This document shows, in pieces, positions 32,198 through 45,081 of a stretch of DNA of 64,000 nucleotides. Below the pieces are notes generated by a model. It did not search any database. It was not told the origin of the DNA and worked only from the letters and a program-made list of their open reading frames with translations. The translations under genes and the position numbers were made by a program. The stretch is from assembly GCA_963665325.3 (NCBI GenBank), contig CAXXWS020000002.1:32001-96000 (forward strand), written 5' to 3'. Position 1 is the stretch's first letter; each line of letters opens with the position of its first letter. Source of the DNA: Alphaproteobacteria bacterium. GTDB lineage: Bacteria > Pseudomonadota > Alphaproteobacteria > Bin95.

Positions 32198-32348
32198 GAG
32201 CCTTGCGTCCTCCTTGCAGGCAGGGGCCCCGGAACCACCGGGGACGGCGAGAAAATAGCCGGGAGGACAGGAGCTGTCACGGCGATTGCCCGGCGCCGGT
32301 CCGCATGTCAGGATGGCCGTCTTGCCGGATGCAAGGAGGGGGATCGCC

Positions 32349-32831
32349 ATGGGCGAAAAGCTGGGCATCGGCGCAGCATTTCCGACGCTTTCGCTAAACC
32401 TGCTGGAGCGGGGGCCGGCCGAGGTGCCGGCGGACATGCCGGGCGCATGGAAAGTGGTGCTGTTCTACCGCGGCCACTGGTGACCCTATTGCCGCCGTCA
32501 GTTGGACGGCTTCCAGGAATTATGGCCGGAGTTCGAGGCGCGCGGCGTCTCCATCCTCGCCGGCAGCGTTGACGACGAGGGCAATGCCCGAAAAATCGCG
32601 GACGGCAAGAGCTTCCCCTTCGCCTGGGGCATGACACGCGCGGATGCGGATCGGATTGGCGCCTGGTGGGAAGACCGCCGCAACATCGTCCAGCCCTCCG
32701 AGTTCATTCTCGACGGGGACGGCAAGGTCGAGGTGTCCAGCTACAGCGACGGCCCGCTCGGCCGCATGGACGCCGCCGACGCGCTCAAGCTGATCGACCT
32801 GTATGAGTCGCGGAGGAAGGCCGGAGGCTGA
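32349..32831 (+). CDS. AhpC/TSA (peroxiredoxin-like) selenoprotein with UxxC motif; UGA at 32481-32483 read as Sec
   Basis: AAGGAGG RBS; FYRGHW-TGA-PYCRRQL continuous in frame with a thioredoxin-fold C-terminal half; hairpin GCCGTC-AGTTG-GACGGC follows. Confidence 0.88.
32494..32510 (+). promoter_or_regulatory. Putative bacterial SECIS element
   Basis: 6-bp perfect stem, loop AGUUG begins 16 nt after the UGA with G(U) at loop position 2. Confidence 0.7.
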
Positions 32832-32877
32832 GTTGCGGGCAGCGGCCGCTCAGACTGAACACAAGGCGAAATTCTGC

Positions 32878-33000
32878 GTGACCGGGGCCGGGTTCTGGGT
32901 CTCGGCGCCGATCCCGGCGGGGTGAACGCGTTCGGTTTGGCGTTCCTCGACAGCTCCGGTGGAGTGGAAGGCCTTACGGTCTCGTCTGTCGATGAATCCG
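32878..33000 (+). pseudogene. Frameshifted N-terminal fragment of a DUF429-like (RNase H-fold) gene
   Basis: FWV/GADPGGVNAFGLAFLD...VSSVDE with a 2-nt shift just before GADPGG; no continuation. Confidence 0.3.
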
Positions 33001-33212
33001 GTCACGGGGTCGGCGCGAGGCTGTTCCAGTTGAAATCCTTGAACAGCGGCAGGGCTTCCGGATCGATATGGAAGCTCCGGTATTTGGGGCCCATGGTGCC
33101 GATGCTGGGTTCGATTGCCCCCGTCCTCCCGGAAGGCGTCGCCCGCGCCAGTATGGCCGAAACCGGTTGCTGTGGCGAACGGGGACATCCGACCTGCGCC
33201 CCAGGATTGCGA

Positions 33213-33660
33213 TTTGTTCATAAAATAAGAAAATTTACAGAAACAACTTGACTCCCGGAAGGTTCGGCCCTAGATGGGGCGGGAGGAAGGAAGCGGCATC
33301 CGGAGGCCGTTTCGTTTGGCGCCGGCGCGAAGAAAGACCCCCGAGAAACCGACGGGAGACGTGCGCCCCGCGTTTGTCTTGCCTTGCGCGCGGGGGCACA
33401 GGCGCAATCAGGCGCGCGAACCGCGCCGGCGCCAACGCGCCGGCCCGCGCGCACGCGATACGCGCGAAACAGGGTCCCGCCGCAAGGGGAGACGGGCGGC
33501 GGGGAAATAGAACAAAACAGGATTTTCAGGAGGGGCCAATGCCGAAGACAGGGACGAGAACGAACCGGACGGAATACCCCGAGCCCCTGCCCGAAAGGAC
33601 TGGACGACATGCGCCCTGCGTATGCGGATCATGACAAAACATGACACTCCCGGGGTGTTC
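33213..33660 (+). repeat. Dispersed element copy B
   Basis: TTGACT at 33248, hairpin GAAGCGGC/GCCGTTTC, both core blocks, CGCGATACGCGCGAAACAGGGTC shared with copy C, AGGAGG-ATG at 33539, CATGACA at 33630 and 33640. Confidence 0.85.
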
Positions 33661-33705
33661 CGCAGCGGAAACCGGCCGCGCCGGTTGCGGACCGGGGCGA
33701 GGCCG

Positions 33706-34251
33706 TCACCCCCGCCCCGCCTGCCTCCGCCGCCAATGGCGCGGGTCAAAGGCGACCTTGTGGCCCCACAGGCCGCGCCGTTCCCGCCGGGCTTCGCGTT
33801 CGACGTCCTTGTAACGGTCTCCATAGGCGGCGATGGCGTGGCCGTTGCGGACCAGCCAGGCGCCCACATCCTTGTCGTCGCAGGTGACGCAGCCCAACAC
33901 GCGGCCAAACCGGTCGATGCCCTCCACGGTCACTTCGACATGCCGACCGCCCACCGCCCGGATGAGCGCGCGCTTGACGCGCTTGCCATGCTTGAACCAG
34001 GTGCCGTCGCGGCGCTTGGCCCACTGGTCCAGTTCCGGTGCATCGAGGCCGGCGAAACGGACCCGATAGCCGGAGACCCGCAGACCGTCACCGTCCGTCA
34101 CCCATGCCTTGCCGGCAATGACGCTGCCGGCTTCCGGCGTCGGCAGGCGCCGGCCGCCTTGCGCGTGGCGCCGGCGGGGCGCCCACCGCCGAGGCCGCTT
34201 CCTGAGAAGCAGGAAGGCGGCTGCGAGGACAAGGACCGCAACGAATTCCAT
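33706..34251 (-). CDS. Thermonuclease (SNase-like) family protein with N-terminal membrane anchor
   Basis: VTDGDGL, RFAGLDAPE, DRFGRVLG, LVRNGHA, EARRERRGLW. Confidence 0.92.
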   Translation of the reverse strand: MEFVAVLVLAAAFLLLRKRPRRWAPRRRHAQGGRRLPTPEAGSVIAGKAWVTDGDGLRVSGYRVRFAGLDAPELDQWAKRRDGTWFKHGKRVKRALIRAVGGRHVEVTVEGIDRFGRVLGCVTCDDKDVGAWLVRNGHAIAAYGDRYKDVEREARRERRGLWGHKVAFDPRHWRRRQAGRG

Positions 34252-34321
34252 GACCCGGCCCGCTTAGCATGTTTACGGCATGCGGGCATCCGCTCCGCCG
34301 GTGCGTTCGTCTCGCCCCGAG

Positions 34322-34508
34322 AAGCTTGGCGGGGGAGAATGCTTGGTAAGATGGGAATGGAGGAAAGGCGGCTTCCCGGAGCCGCCTTTTCGAATTCGGA
34401 AGGCGGGGGCGAGAGGGATATTCCCGAAAGGAACAGGAAACATGCGCCCGGCGCAGGGAGCCTCATGACATCGCATGACATTTCATGACACATCGCTGGA
34501 GTGGGCCC
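34322..34508 (+). repeat. Dispersed element copy D (minimal: promoter, hairpin, RBS, CATGACA x3)
   Basis: TTGGCG-N15-TAAGAT, hairpin GAAAGGCGGC/GCCGCCTTTTC, CATGACA at 34464/34474/34484; 34484-34508 matches revcomp 50926-50950 at 24/25. Confidence 0.75.
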
Positions 34509-34608
34509 TTTGGGACCGTCAGGCGGCGGCCCGGTTTGCGTGTCCGGAGGAAGCGGCTATACCTCTGGGCGGCCCGGAACGGGCGGCCGAGAGGCGGTAT
34601 CGAAAGCG

Positions 34609-35657
34609 ATGACGAAAGACAGCACTGCGGCGCTGGAGGCGGCGGCGGGGGAACGCATCCTCGTTCTAGACGGCGCGATGGGGACCATGATCCAGAAGCT
34701 CAGCCTGGACGAGGCCGACTTCCGCGGCGCTCGCTTCGCCGACTGGGACCGGGACCTCAAGGGCAATAACGATTTGCTGAATCTGACGCTGCCGGACGCT
34801 GTGGGCGATATCCACAACGACTTCCTGGACGCCGGCGCAGACATCCTCGAGACCAACAGCTTCAACGCCACCCGGATCGCGCTGGCCGACTACGGCATGG
34901 AAGCTTTCGCCCGCGAGATCAACGAGACTGCGGCCCGAATCGCCCGCACCGTCGTGGATCGCCGCCGGGACGGCCGGCCGCGCTGGGTTGCTGGCGCCAT
35001 CGGGCCGACCAACCGCACCGCCTCGATTTCCCCCGATGTCGAGGACCCGGCGGCGCGCAATGTCGATTTCGACACGCTCGGCGCCGCCTACCGGGAGGCC
35101 GCCGAAGGCCTGATCGACGGCGGGGCGGACCTGCTGATCGTCGAGACGGTGTTCGACACGCTCAACGCCAAGGCGGCGCTCCACGCCATCGAGGAAGTGT
35201 TCGAGGCGCGCAGCCTCCGTCTGCCGGTCATCGTGTCCGGCACGGTGGTGGACCTGTCCGGACGCACGCTGTCCGGCCAGACGCCGGAGGCCTTCTGGTA
35301 TTCGGTGCGCCATGCCGCGCCCTTCGCGGTCGGGCTCAATTGCGCGCTCGGGGCGGAGCAGATGCGCGGCTTCCTCGCCGATATGGCGCGCTCGGCGGAT
35401 ACGCTGATTTCCGCTTATCCCAATGCCGGCCTGCCCAACGCCTTCGGTGGCTATGACGAGACGCCGGAAACGACAGCGTCCCATCTGGGCGCCTGGGCGC
35501 GGGACGGGCTGGTAAACCTTGTCGGCGGTTGCTGCGGCACCACGCCCGCCCATATCGAAGCCGTTGCGGAGGCGGTGGCGGGCGTGGCCCCGCGCAAGCC
35601 GCCCCGATTGGAGCGGCGCATGCGGCTCGCCGGGCTCGAACCCTTCGTCGCCGCCGC

Positions 35658-35661
<4 letters not shown>
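34609..35661 (+). CDS. metH: Methionine synthase, homocysteine-binding N-terminal module (split MetH part 1)
   Basis: [41 protein letters not shown]. Confidence 0.95.
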
Positions 35662-38296
<2,635 letters not shown>

Positions 38297-38312
<16 letters not shown>

Positions 38313-38950
38313 AGGGGCGGCCGGCTGCCGCCCGTCGGTGCGGGAAACGCATGTTCCGGCCGATAGTTGGCGAAGCTCGACAACATTTGAGCGTCGCATT
38401 CCTGCTGCCAGCGTGAGTCGGGTAGGACGGCGGAGACGCAGCGATACTTCTCGCGGAATGCTGCGGTGCGCTCCGTGCTTTCGATGGCGATGGCGACAAG
38501 GCCGGCGACGCGGCCCTTCTGGCGTTCGATGAGGGCGGCGGCGCCTTCCATGGTTCCGCCGGTCTCGATCCACTGGTCGACCAGCAGGACCCGCGTCCCC
38601 GGGGCGAAGGCCGGCAGGCGCATCTCCATGTCCTGGGTCCGGCCCGAGTAGTTCGTGAACGCCACATTGTCCGTATCGACACACAGCTTGCCAGCCTTGC
38701 GAATTGGCAGGAACCCGACATCCAACCTCGTCGCAAGGGCCGCTCCCAGAACGAACCCCATGGCGTCCAGCCCTGCGACGACGTCAACCTCGATACCCTC
38801 CAGATCGGCGTACAAATCGTCCAGCAGGTCGTGAAAGGCTGCCCCGTTGATGTAGATGGAAGTCGGGTCCAGCCAGGCGAACCCGCCGCCCTTGGTGTTC
38901 GGCGCCATCAGCCGCAAATACCAGCGGTCGTCGCGGGGACCCTTATCCAT
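38297..38950 (-). CDS. Adenine phosphoribosyltransferase-like PRTase
   Basis: [16 protein letters not shown], variant PRPP loop [12 protein letters not shown]. Confidence 0.8.
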
Positions 38951-39686
38951 GGCTGCCGATCTCCCGTGCGACCCGCATCAGCTGCGCCAGCCGGGCGGGG
39001 TCGATATTGTAGAAATCGCCGGACCGGTTGATCCCGGTGGCGACCAGGAAGGCATCGACATCGGCATATCTCCGCGCGTTCTCCGGCGTGACGCCCGAAG
39101 CCAGCGCGAGCGGCGCGTCGCCGATGCCGGCCCTGAACTGACGGACCTTCTGCAGGTCGGCCTCTTTCCCGGTCGCGAGGCCCGAGGTGGTGACGACATC
39201 CATGAATGAAACCGCTTCGCGCGCTGCGTCCTGCCAGTGCGCCGGGTTCACATGGCGCTGCTTCTTGAATGCCGTGCCGCCGAAATACAGCCCCGACCAT
39301 CCGCTGGCCGCCCGCACATCGGCAATCTGCCGGGCTTCGGAGAGGTCCGACCCCGTTTCGTCGATCCGCGCATTGTCGGCCCAGTAGGCATCTACCGGGC
39401 AGCCTGTCTTCGCCAGATCGCCCAGGATCGGGAACGCATCGCGGCCGGTGACGGCCAGAAAGTTGACCCCCATCCAGAGCGATGGCCACGCAGTGCGGAC
39501 CTCGCGAACGATCGGCAGAAACTCGTCCACGCCATAGTCGTGATTGATCAGAAAGCAGCCGGAGGCGCCCTCGCCGACCAGGATGCGGATGTTCTCGGTT
39601 ACCTGTCCGGCATCCAGCGCATGGATTACGGGCAGGACGACCGGGCCGGGCGCCTTGAAAAGCTTGTGAAATTCCCGAAGCGTCAT
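38943..39686 (-). CDS. BtpA/SgcQ-family TIM-barrel protein
   Basis: LPVIH, GVNFL, FKKQ, VVTTSGLATG, LASGVTPEN, FLVATG. Confidence 0.75.
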   Translation of the reverse strand: MTLREFHKLFKAPGPVVLPVIHALDAGQVTENIRILVGEGASGCFLINHDYGVDEFLPIVREVRTAWPSLWMGVNFLAVTGRDAFPILGDLAKTGCPVDAYWADNARIDETGSDLSEARQIADVRAASGWSGLYFGGTAFKKQRHVNPAHWQDAAREAVSFMDVVTTSGLATGKEADLQKVRQFRAGIGDAPLALASGVTPENARRYADVDAFLVATGINRSGDFYNIDPARLAQLMRVAREIGSHG

Positions 39687-39789
39687 GCCGGGAAACTTGC
39701 CGCCGATTGGCGGGACAGTCAAAGATGTTCCTTGCCGCACGGTGCTTCTTGGGGTTGGATGCAAACAGCAACCGACGGGAGGTCACACG

Positions 39790-40911
39790 ATGAGCGAACA
39801 GGTGAACCTGACGCGCCGCAAGGTGCTTATGGCAACCGGCGCGACAGCACTTAGTGCCCCGTTCGTAGGCCGCGCCTGGGCCTCGACGACCGAGATCAAC
39901 ATGCTCGCCTGGTACGGTCACGGCGAACCCGACATCGTTGGCGCATTCGAGGAAGCCAACAATGTGAAGTTCAAGCCGAAATACTATGCCGGCGGCGACA
40001 ACATGCTGGCGCTGATCGCCCAGTCGCCCCCGGGCACCTATGACGTCATCCTCTCGGACGCCGAGTTCGTGCAGCAACTGAATGCGGCCGGCTATATCGA
40101 GCCTCTGGACGCGAACGACTACCCGTTCGACGACATGCTGCACGATGACTTCACGAAGTTCCCCGGACACTGGGTCGGCGACTCGCTGTTCTCCATGATG
40201 GTGCGGTTCGGGCATCTGGGCGTCAGCTACAACACGACGGCGATCTCGGCCGAAGAAGCCATGAGCTACAAGTGCTTCTGGAAGCCTGAGTTGAAGGGCA
40301 AGGTCGGGCATTTCGACTGGCATCTGCCGTCTCTGGGCATGATGAGCCTCTATAACGGCAACGGTGCAGGCCTCTGGGACCTCGACGATGACCAGTGGAA
40401 GGCGGTGCAGGAGACAACCATGAGCCTGCGCCCGCAGGTCGGCGGCTATTTCGACTACGGAGGCACCTTCAACAGCCTGAAGAACGGTGAGATGCTGGCC
40501 ATGTGCGGCATCGGCGACTGGATCACAGGCGTGCTGGAAAAGGATGGCGCGCCGGTGGCCTCGGTCATTCCGAACGAGGGCGGCATCCAGTGGGTGGAGA
40601 GTTACTGCATCGGCAAGGGCTCGTCCAAGGCAGATATCGTCAAGAGTTTCATCCAGTACATGCTCAGCCCCGAGGGGCAGGTGAAATCGGCCCAGATGGC
40701 CGCCTATCCGGGCAATTGCATCACCAAGGGCGGACGCGCGGCATTGATTGCTGCGGACCGGGCCGAGGCGGAGCGGACCAACCAGGTGGACGGGAACCCG
40801 ATGGACCCGATCACGCTCATCAAAGAGGGCCGCATCCACTACCGCGACATCCCGGTCAATCAGACGCTTGAGGACTGGAACGACTTCTGGTCCGAGTACA
40901 AGAACGCCTGA
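39790..40911 (+). CDS. PotD/PotF-like ABC substrate-binding protein with Tat signal
   Basis: LTRRKVL twin-arginine, FEEANNVK, YDVI, IPNEGGIQW. Confidence 0.88.
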   Translation: MSEQVNLTRRKVLMATGATALSAPFVGRAWASTTEINMLAWYGHGEPDIVGAFEEANNVKFKPKYYAGGDNMLALIAQSPPGTYDVILSDAEFVQQLNAAGYIEPLDANDYPFDDMLHDDFTKFPGHWVGDSLFSMMVRFGHLGVSYNTTAISAEEAMSYKCFWKPELKGKVGHFDWHLPSLGMMSLYNGNGAGLWDLDDDQWKAVQETTMSLRPQVGGYFDYGGTFNSLKNGEMLAMCGIGDWITGVLEKDGAPVASVIPNEGGIQWVESYCIGKGSSKADIVKSFIQYMLSPEGQVKSAQMAAYPGNCITKGGRAALIAADRAEAERTNQVDGNPMDPITLIKEGRIHYRDIPVNQTLEDWNDFWSEYKNA

Positions 40912-40924
40912 TGACTGTGCGAAA

Positions 40925-40956
40925 GCGTCCGGGATCCTTCGTAAGGCCCCGGACGC
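40925..40956 (+). other. Intergenic stem-loop after SBP gene (likely mRNA stabiliser)
   Basis: GCGTCCGGG...CCTT-CGT-AAGG...CCCGGACGC inverted repeat. Confidence 0.5.
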
Positions 40957-41058
40957 TGCGACTGAGATACATCGCGCCGGAACCGCCTGTCAGAGGTTCC
41001 GCAAAGTCGTGACGGCGCCGAACCGGCTATGCCTCCGCTACACGTCGGAGCGGGCGCC

Positions 41059-41895
41059 ATGACTCGTTTCGCGCTCGCGTTCCGCCTTCCGATCATCGTC
41101 TGGCAGGGGCTGTTCTTCCTCGGCCCCCTGTTCTTCATGATCGCGATGAGCTTCTTCCTGGTGAAGAACTACCGGATGGAGGAGGCGTTCGAGCTCAAGA
41201 ACTGGGCGCGAATGCTGACCAGGGGCTATGTGTGGGACAGCTATTGGTACACGCTGAGCATGGCGGGTTCGGCCACGCTGGTGGCGACGCTGGTCGCTTT
41301 TCCCGCAGCCTATGCCCTGGCGTTCCGGGTATCGGAGGCGGTACGGCGCTGGGCGATCTTTCTCCTCATCATCCCGTTCTTCACGTCTTATCTGGTGCGC
41401 ACCTTCTCCTGGTACGTGATCCTGGCGGAATCGGGCGTGATCAATGCCGGGCTCGGCAATGTCGGGCTCGGCCCCTACACGATGCTCAACACGCCCTTCG
41501 GCACCGTCGTTGGCTACCTGACCCTGACATTGCCGCTGGTCGTAATCCTGCAGACCATCGCGCTCGCGAACATCGACCGGAACCTGGTTCAGGCCGCGCG
41601 CAACCTGGGCTGTCCGCCCGAGCGCATACTGTTCGCCATGATCGTGCCCCTGGCGAAGGCGGGGCTTATCGTCGCCGCATTGTTCTGCTTCATCCTGTCG
41701 TTCGGGGACTTCGTCGCGCCCTATTACCTGGGCGGGTCCAAGCCTCCCACGCTGCCGATACTGATCATCGACACCACGAAATCCGGTCAGCAATGGCCCC
41801 GCGCCGCCGTTGTCGCGGTGATGATGATGCTCACGCTCTTCACTATCGCCGCCACCTCCATCTGGCTGGCCTATCGCAAGCGGGTATCGGCATGA
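41059..41895 (+). CDS. PotB-like ABC permease
   Basis: IPFFTSYLVRTFSW, EAA-like QAARNLG, FILSFGDF. Confidence 0.92.
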   Translation: MTRFALAFRLPIIVWQGLFFLGPLFFMIAMSFFLVKNYRMEEAFELKNWARMLTRGYVWDSYWYTLSMAGSATLVATLVAFPAAYALAFRVSEAVRRWAIFLLIIPFFTSYLVRTFSWYVILAESGVINAGLGNVGLGPYTMLNTPFGTVVGYLTLTLPLVVILQTIALANIDRNLVQAARNLGCPPERILFAMIVPLAKAGLIVAALFCFILSFGDFVAPYYLGGSKPPTLPILIIDTTKSGQQWPRAAVVAVMMMLTLFTIAATSIWLAYRKRVSA

Positions 41896-42680
41896 GCGCA
41901 CGGATCGGGACCGTTCTGCTGCTCGGTTGGCTGTTGGCCGTGTTCGTCTTCATCTTCGCGCCGATCGTTGCGTCGGTCGTCTTCTCGTTCAACTCGGACC
42001 GGTTCCCCACGATCCCGCTGGGCTCGTTCACAACCCATTGGTACGACACGATCTTCGCCGACGCCGAGATCGGCGAGGCGGCCCGCAACTCCATCGTCGT
42101 CTCACTGTCTACATCCGTTATCGCGACGGTGCTGGGCTTCGCGACCGCCTACACCGACTACCGCTACAACTTCCGTCTCAAGGGGCCGTATCTGGCGCTG
42201 ATCCTGCTGCCGCCGACGATCCCGCTGATCATCATGGCGCTTGCCATGCTGGCCTGGCTGTCCTGGATCGGGGCGTCGGGCCAGCTCTGGTCGGTCGTCG
42301 TCGCCCATTCCGTGCTGACGGCGCCCTTCGCCATGGCGATTATCCGCCTGCGCCTGAACCAGATTGACCCGAACCTGGAGGCAGCGGCCTGGAACCTGGG
42401 CTCCTCCGAGTGGAGGGCGCTCCGGTCGATCATCCTGCCCTTCTGCCGGCCCGCCATCATCTCCGCCGCTTGCCTGACCGCCGCCGTTTCCTTCGACGAG
42501 TTCGCGGTGGCCTGGTTCGTAAGCGGCCTGAACAAGACAGTGCCGGTGATCGTCCTGGAGATCGTTCAGGGCAACATCGACCCGCAGGTGAACGCCATCG
42601 GATCGCTGGTGTTCCTGACATCGATCACGCTGGTGGTCCTGGCGCAGGTCTTCTTCATCGCGCGGGTCGGCCGCGCATGA
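41892..42680 (+). CDS. PotC-like ABC permease
   Basis: FSFN, LEAAAWNLG, SFDEF, PQVNAIG. Confidence 0.92.
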   Translation: MSARIGTVLLLGWLLAVFVFIFAPIVASVVFSFNSDRFPTIPLGSFTTHWYDTIFADAEIGEAARNSIVVSLSTSVIATVLGFATAYTDYRYNFRLKGPYLALILLPPTIPLIIMALAMLAWLSWIGASGQLWSVVVAHSVLTAPFAMAIIRLRLNQIDPNLEAAAWNLGSSEWRALRSIILPFCRPAIISAACLTAAVSFDEFAVAWFVSGLNKTVPVIVLEIVQGNIDPQVNAIGSLVFLTSITLVVLAQVFFIARVGRA

Positions 42681-43732
42681 CCGCTCCGCTCGTCATCCTC
42701 TCGGGTGTGGTCAAACGGTTCGGGGACTTCACGGCCGTGCACCGCCTGGACCTGGAAATAGCAGCGGGCGAATTCATCGCGATCATGGGCCCGTCCGGCT
42801 GCGGCAAGACGACGACGCTTCGGATGATCGCCGGGCTGGAAGCGCCGAGCGAGGGCGAGATTCGCATCGGCGGACGGCTGATGAACGATGTGCCGGTCCA
42901 CGAGCGCGACACGCCCATGGTCTGGCAGTCGCTGGCCCTGTTCCCTTTCCTGAACGCCCGGGAGAATGTCGAGTTCGGGCTGAGAATGCGCAGGATCGAC
43001 GCCGCCGAGCGGCGCAGGCGTGCGCTCGACTGGCTGGAACGGCTGGAGATCGGCGAGTTCGCCGAGCGCAATATCGACACGCTGTCGGGCGGGCAGCGCC
43101 AGCGCGTGGCCCTGGCGCGCTCGCTGGTGACGGAGCCGCAAATCCTGTTGCTGGACGAACCCTTGTCGGCGTTGGACGCCCACCTGGTCATTCGCATGCA
43201 GGGCGTGCTGACGCGCTTGCAGCGCGAACTCGGCATCACCTTTGTGTACGTCACACACTCGCAATCCGAGGCCTTCGCCATGGCCGACCGGATCGTGATC
43301 ATGTCCGAGGGCCGTATCGTCCAGGTAGGCCAACCGCGCGAGATCTACCGGGCGCCCGAGAACCGCTTCGTGGCCGAGTTCGTGGGCCGCAACAATATCC
43401 TGGCCGGAACCAGCCGCGGCGACGCGATCGAAACGCCGCTCGGCATCTTTCCCGCTGCCGGCCTGCCCGCGACAGGCAACCCTGCCACCCTGGTTGTGGC
43501 CGCCGACCTGGTCCGGATCGGCCGGACGCCGTCTGAAGGCGCCATCCCATGCTCTCTGATTTCCGAGGAGTTTGTAGGTGCGACGGTTACCCTGTTCCTC
43601 GAGGCAGCGGACGGGACGGAACTGAAGGTCCAGCTGCCGGAACGCGCGCTGGGAGATCTGGACCCGCATGCCGGCGGCCAATTCCATCTCAGTTGGCCGG
43701 CCGATGCCGGGCACGTCCTGGCCGAGAGCTGA
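42677..43732 (+). CDS. PotA-like ABC ATP-binding protein
   Basis: GPSGCGKTT, LSGGQRQRVALAR, LLDEPLSALD, C-terminal TOBE. Confidence 0.95.
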   Translation: MTAPLVILSGVVKRFGDFTAVHRLDLEIAAGEFIAIMGPSGCGKTTTLRMIAGLEAPSEGEIRIGGRLMNDVPVHERDTPMVWQSLALFPFLNARENVEFGLRMRRIDAAERRRRALDWLERLEIGEFAERNIDTLSGGQRQRVALARSLVTEPQILLLDEPLSALDAHLVIRMQGVLTRLQRELGITFVYVTHSQSEAFAMADRIVIMSEGRIVQVGQPREIYRAPENRFVAEFVGRNNILAGTSRGDAIETPLGIFPAAGLPATGNPATLVVAADLVRIGRTPSEGAIPCSLISEEFVGATVTLFLEAADGTELKVQLPERALGDLDPHAGGQFHLSWPADAGHVLAES

Positions 43733-43744
43733 CCGGAGGCGCAG

Positions 43745-44626
43745 ATGATCCGGAACCCGATTCCCTGGCCGAACGGCGCAAGATGCGCGGTTGCAATCAC
43801 CTTCGACATGGACGCCGACAGCCTGATCCACATCGCGCGGCCGGAGGACGGGTTCGACCGGCTGTACCCCGTCTCGATGGGCCGCTACGGACCGACGGTC
43901 GCGATCCCCCGCATCCTCGCGACCTATCGGCGGCTGGGGATCAGGCAGAGCTTCTTCATTCCCGGCTGGTGTCTGGAGACGTACCCCGGCGCAGTCGAGG
44001 CGATCCTGAGCGACGGGCACGAGATCGGGCACCACGGCTGGATCCACGAGGATCCGGTGACGACGCGCGGGCCTTCCCAGGCGGAAGCGTTCGAGAAGGC
44101 CCTGGACGCCCACCGCCGGACCTGCGGCGTCCTCCCGCGCGGCTACCGCGCGCCGGTCTATAACGTCACGCAGCAGGTCATCGACCTGATGGTCCGGCAC
44201 GGGCTGCGCTATGACAGCTCGCTCATGGCGGACGACATCCCCTACCGGCTGACGACCGCCGAGGGTGCGCTCTGGGAGATGCCGGTCCACTGGGGCACCG
44301 ACGACTGGCCGCCCTTCGCCCACTACGATGAGATCGGTTACATGATGCCGGTGCGCGGGCCGTCCGCGGGTCTGGCCGGTTTCTGGGAGGAGTTCGAGGC
44401 GCAGTACGAGGCCGGCGGCTTCTTCATGCCCATCCTCCACCCGTTCCTGACCGGCCGGCTGGCTCGCTGGCGATTGGTCGAGCGCTGGCTGGAGGAGATC
44501 ATGGCGAGCCGGAAGGTCTGGGTCGCCCGGCTGGAGGATATTGCCGACCACCTGGACGCCCTTTCCGCCCAGGGGCATGACATCCGCACCGAACGGCTCC
44601 CCTATTATCGAGGACCGCAGACATGA
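43745..44626 (+). CDS. Polysaccharide deacetylase family protein (PuuE/HP0310-like)
   Basis: WPNGARCAVAITFDMD, GHEIGHHGWIHE, GYRAP, YDSSLM, DDWP, LHP. Confidence 0.9.
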   Translation: MIRNPIPWPNGARCAVAITFDMDADSLIHIARPEDGFDRLYPVSMGRYGPTVAIPRILATYRRLGIRQSFFIPGWCLETYPGAVEAILSDGHEIGHHGWIHEDPVTTRGPSQAEAFEKALDAHRRTCGVLPRGYRAPVYNVTQQVIDLMVRHGLRYDSSLMADDIPYRLTTAEGALWEMPVHWGTDDWPPFAHYDEIGYMMPVRGPSAGLAGFWEEFEAQYEAGGFFMPILHPFLTGRLARWRLVERWLEEIMASRKVWVARLEDIADHLDALSAQGHDIRTERLPYYRGPQT

Positions 44627-45075
44627 GCCTGACAGACACCGACCGCCGGATGCTGCGTATCGCCTACGAGGAAGCCAGGGCCGGGTTCGACGAGGGCGGT
44701 TGCCCTATCGGCTCGGTGCTCGCCCGCGGCGACACGGTGGTCGCGCAAGGCCGGAACCGCCGCGTGCAGCAGGGCGACCCCATCGCGCATGGCGAGATGG
44801 ATGCGCTGCGCAAGGCGGGACGCCAACGGACCTACCGCGACACGACCCTCTATACCTCGCTCTCCCCCTGCATGATGTGCTCGGGCACCATCGTCCAGTT
44901 CGGCATACCCCGTGTCGTCATCGCCGAGAATACGACTTTCGGGGGCAATGAAGGGTTCCTCAGCGAACGCGGCGTCGAGGTGGTCGTCGCCGGCGACCAG
45001 GACTGCATTGCGCTTATGACCCGCTTCATCGAAGAACGGCCCGAACTCTGGGCCGAAGACATCGCCGAAGACTGA
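44623..45075 (+). CDS. Cytosine/nucleoside deaminase (yeast FCY1-like CDA fold)
   Basis: EGG.PIGS, HGEMDAL, TSLSPCMMCSG, ELWAEDI. Confidence 0.9.
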   Translation: MSLTDTDRRMLRIAYEEARAGFDEGGCPIGSVLARGDTVVAQGRNRRVQQGDPIAHGEMDALRKAGRQRTYRDTTLYTSLSPCMMCSGTIVQFGIPRVVIAENTTFGGNEGFLSERGVEVVVAGDQDCIALMTRFIEERPELWAEDIAED

Positions 45076-45081
45076 CAGCCC

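Noticed and set aside
32286-32831. Two separate small ORFs or a nonsense pseudogene
   Set aside because: The stop is TGA exactly at the catalytic Cys position with a SECIS-like hairpin, so a single selenoprotein explains it better.
34510-34608. Cobalamin or SAM riboswitch upstream of metH
   Set aside because: No B12-box or SAM-II/SAM-SAH consensus recognisable, and the space is short.
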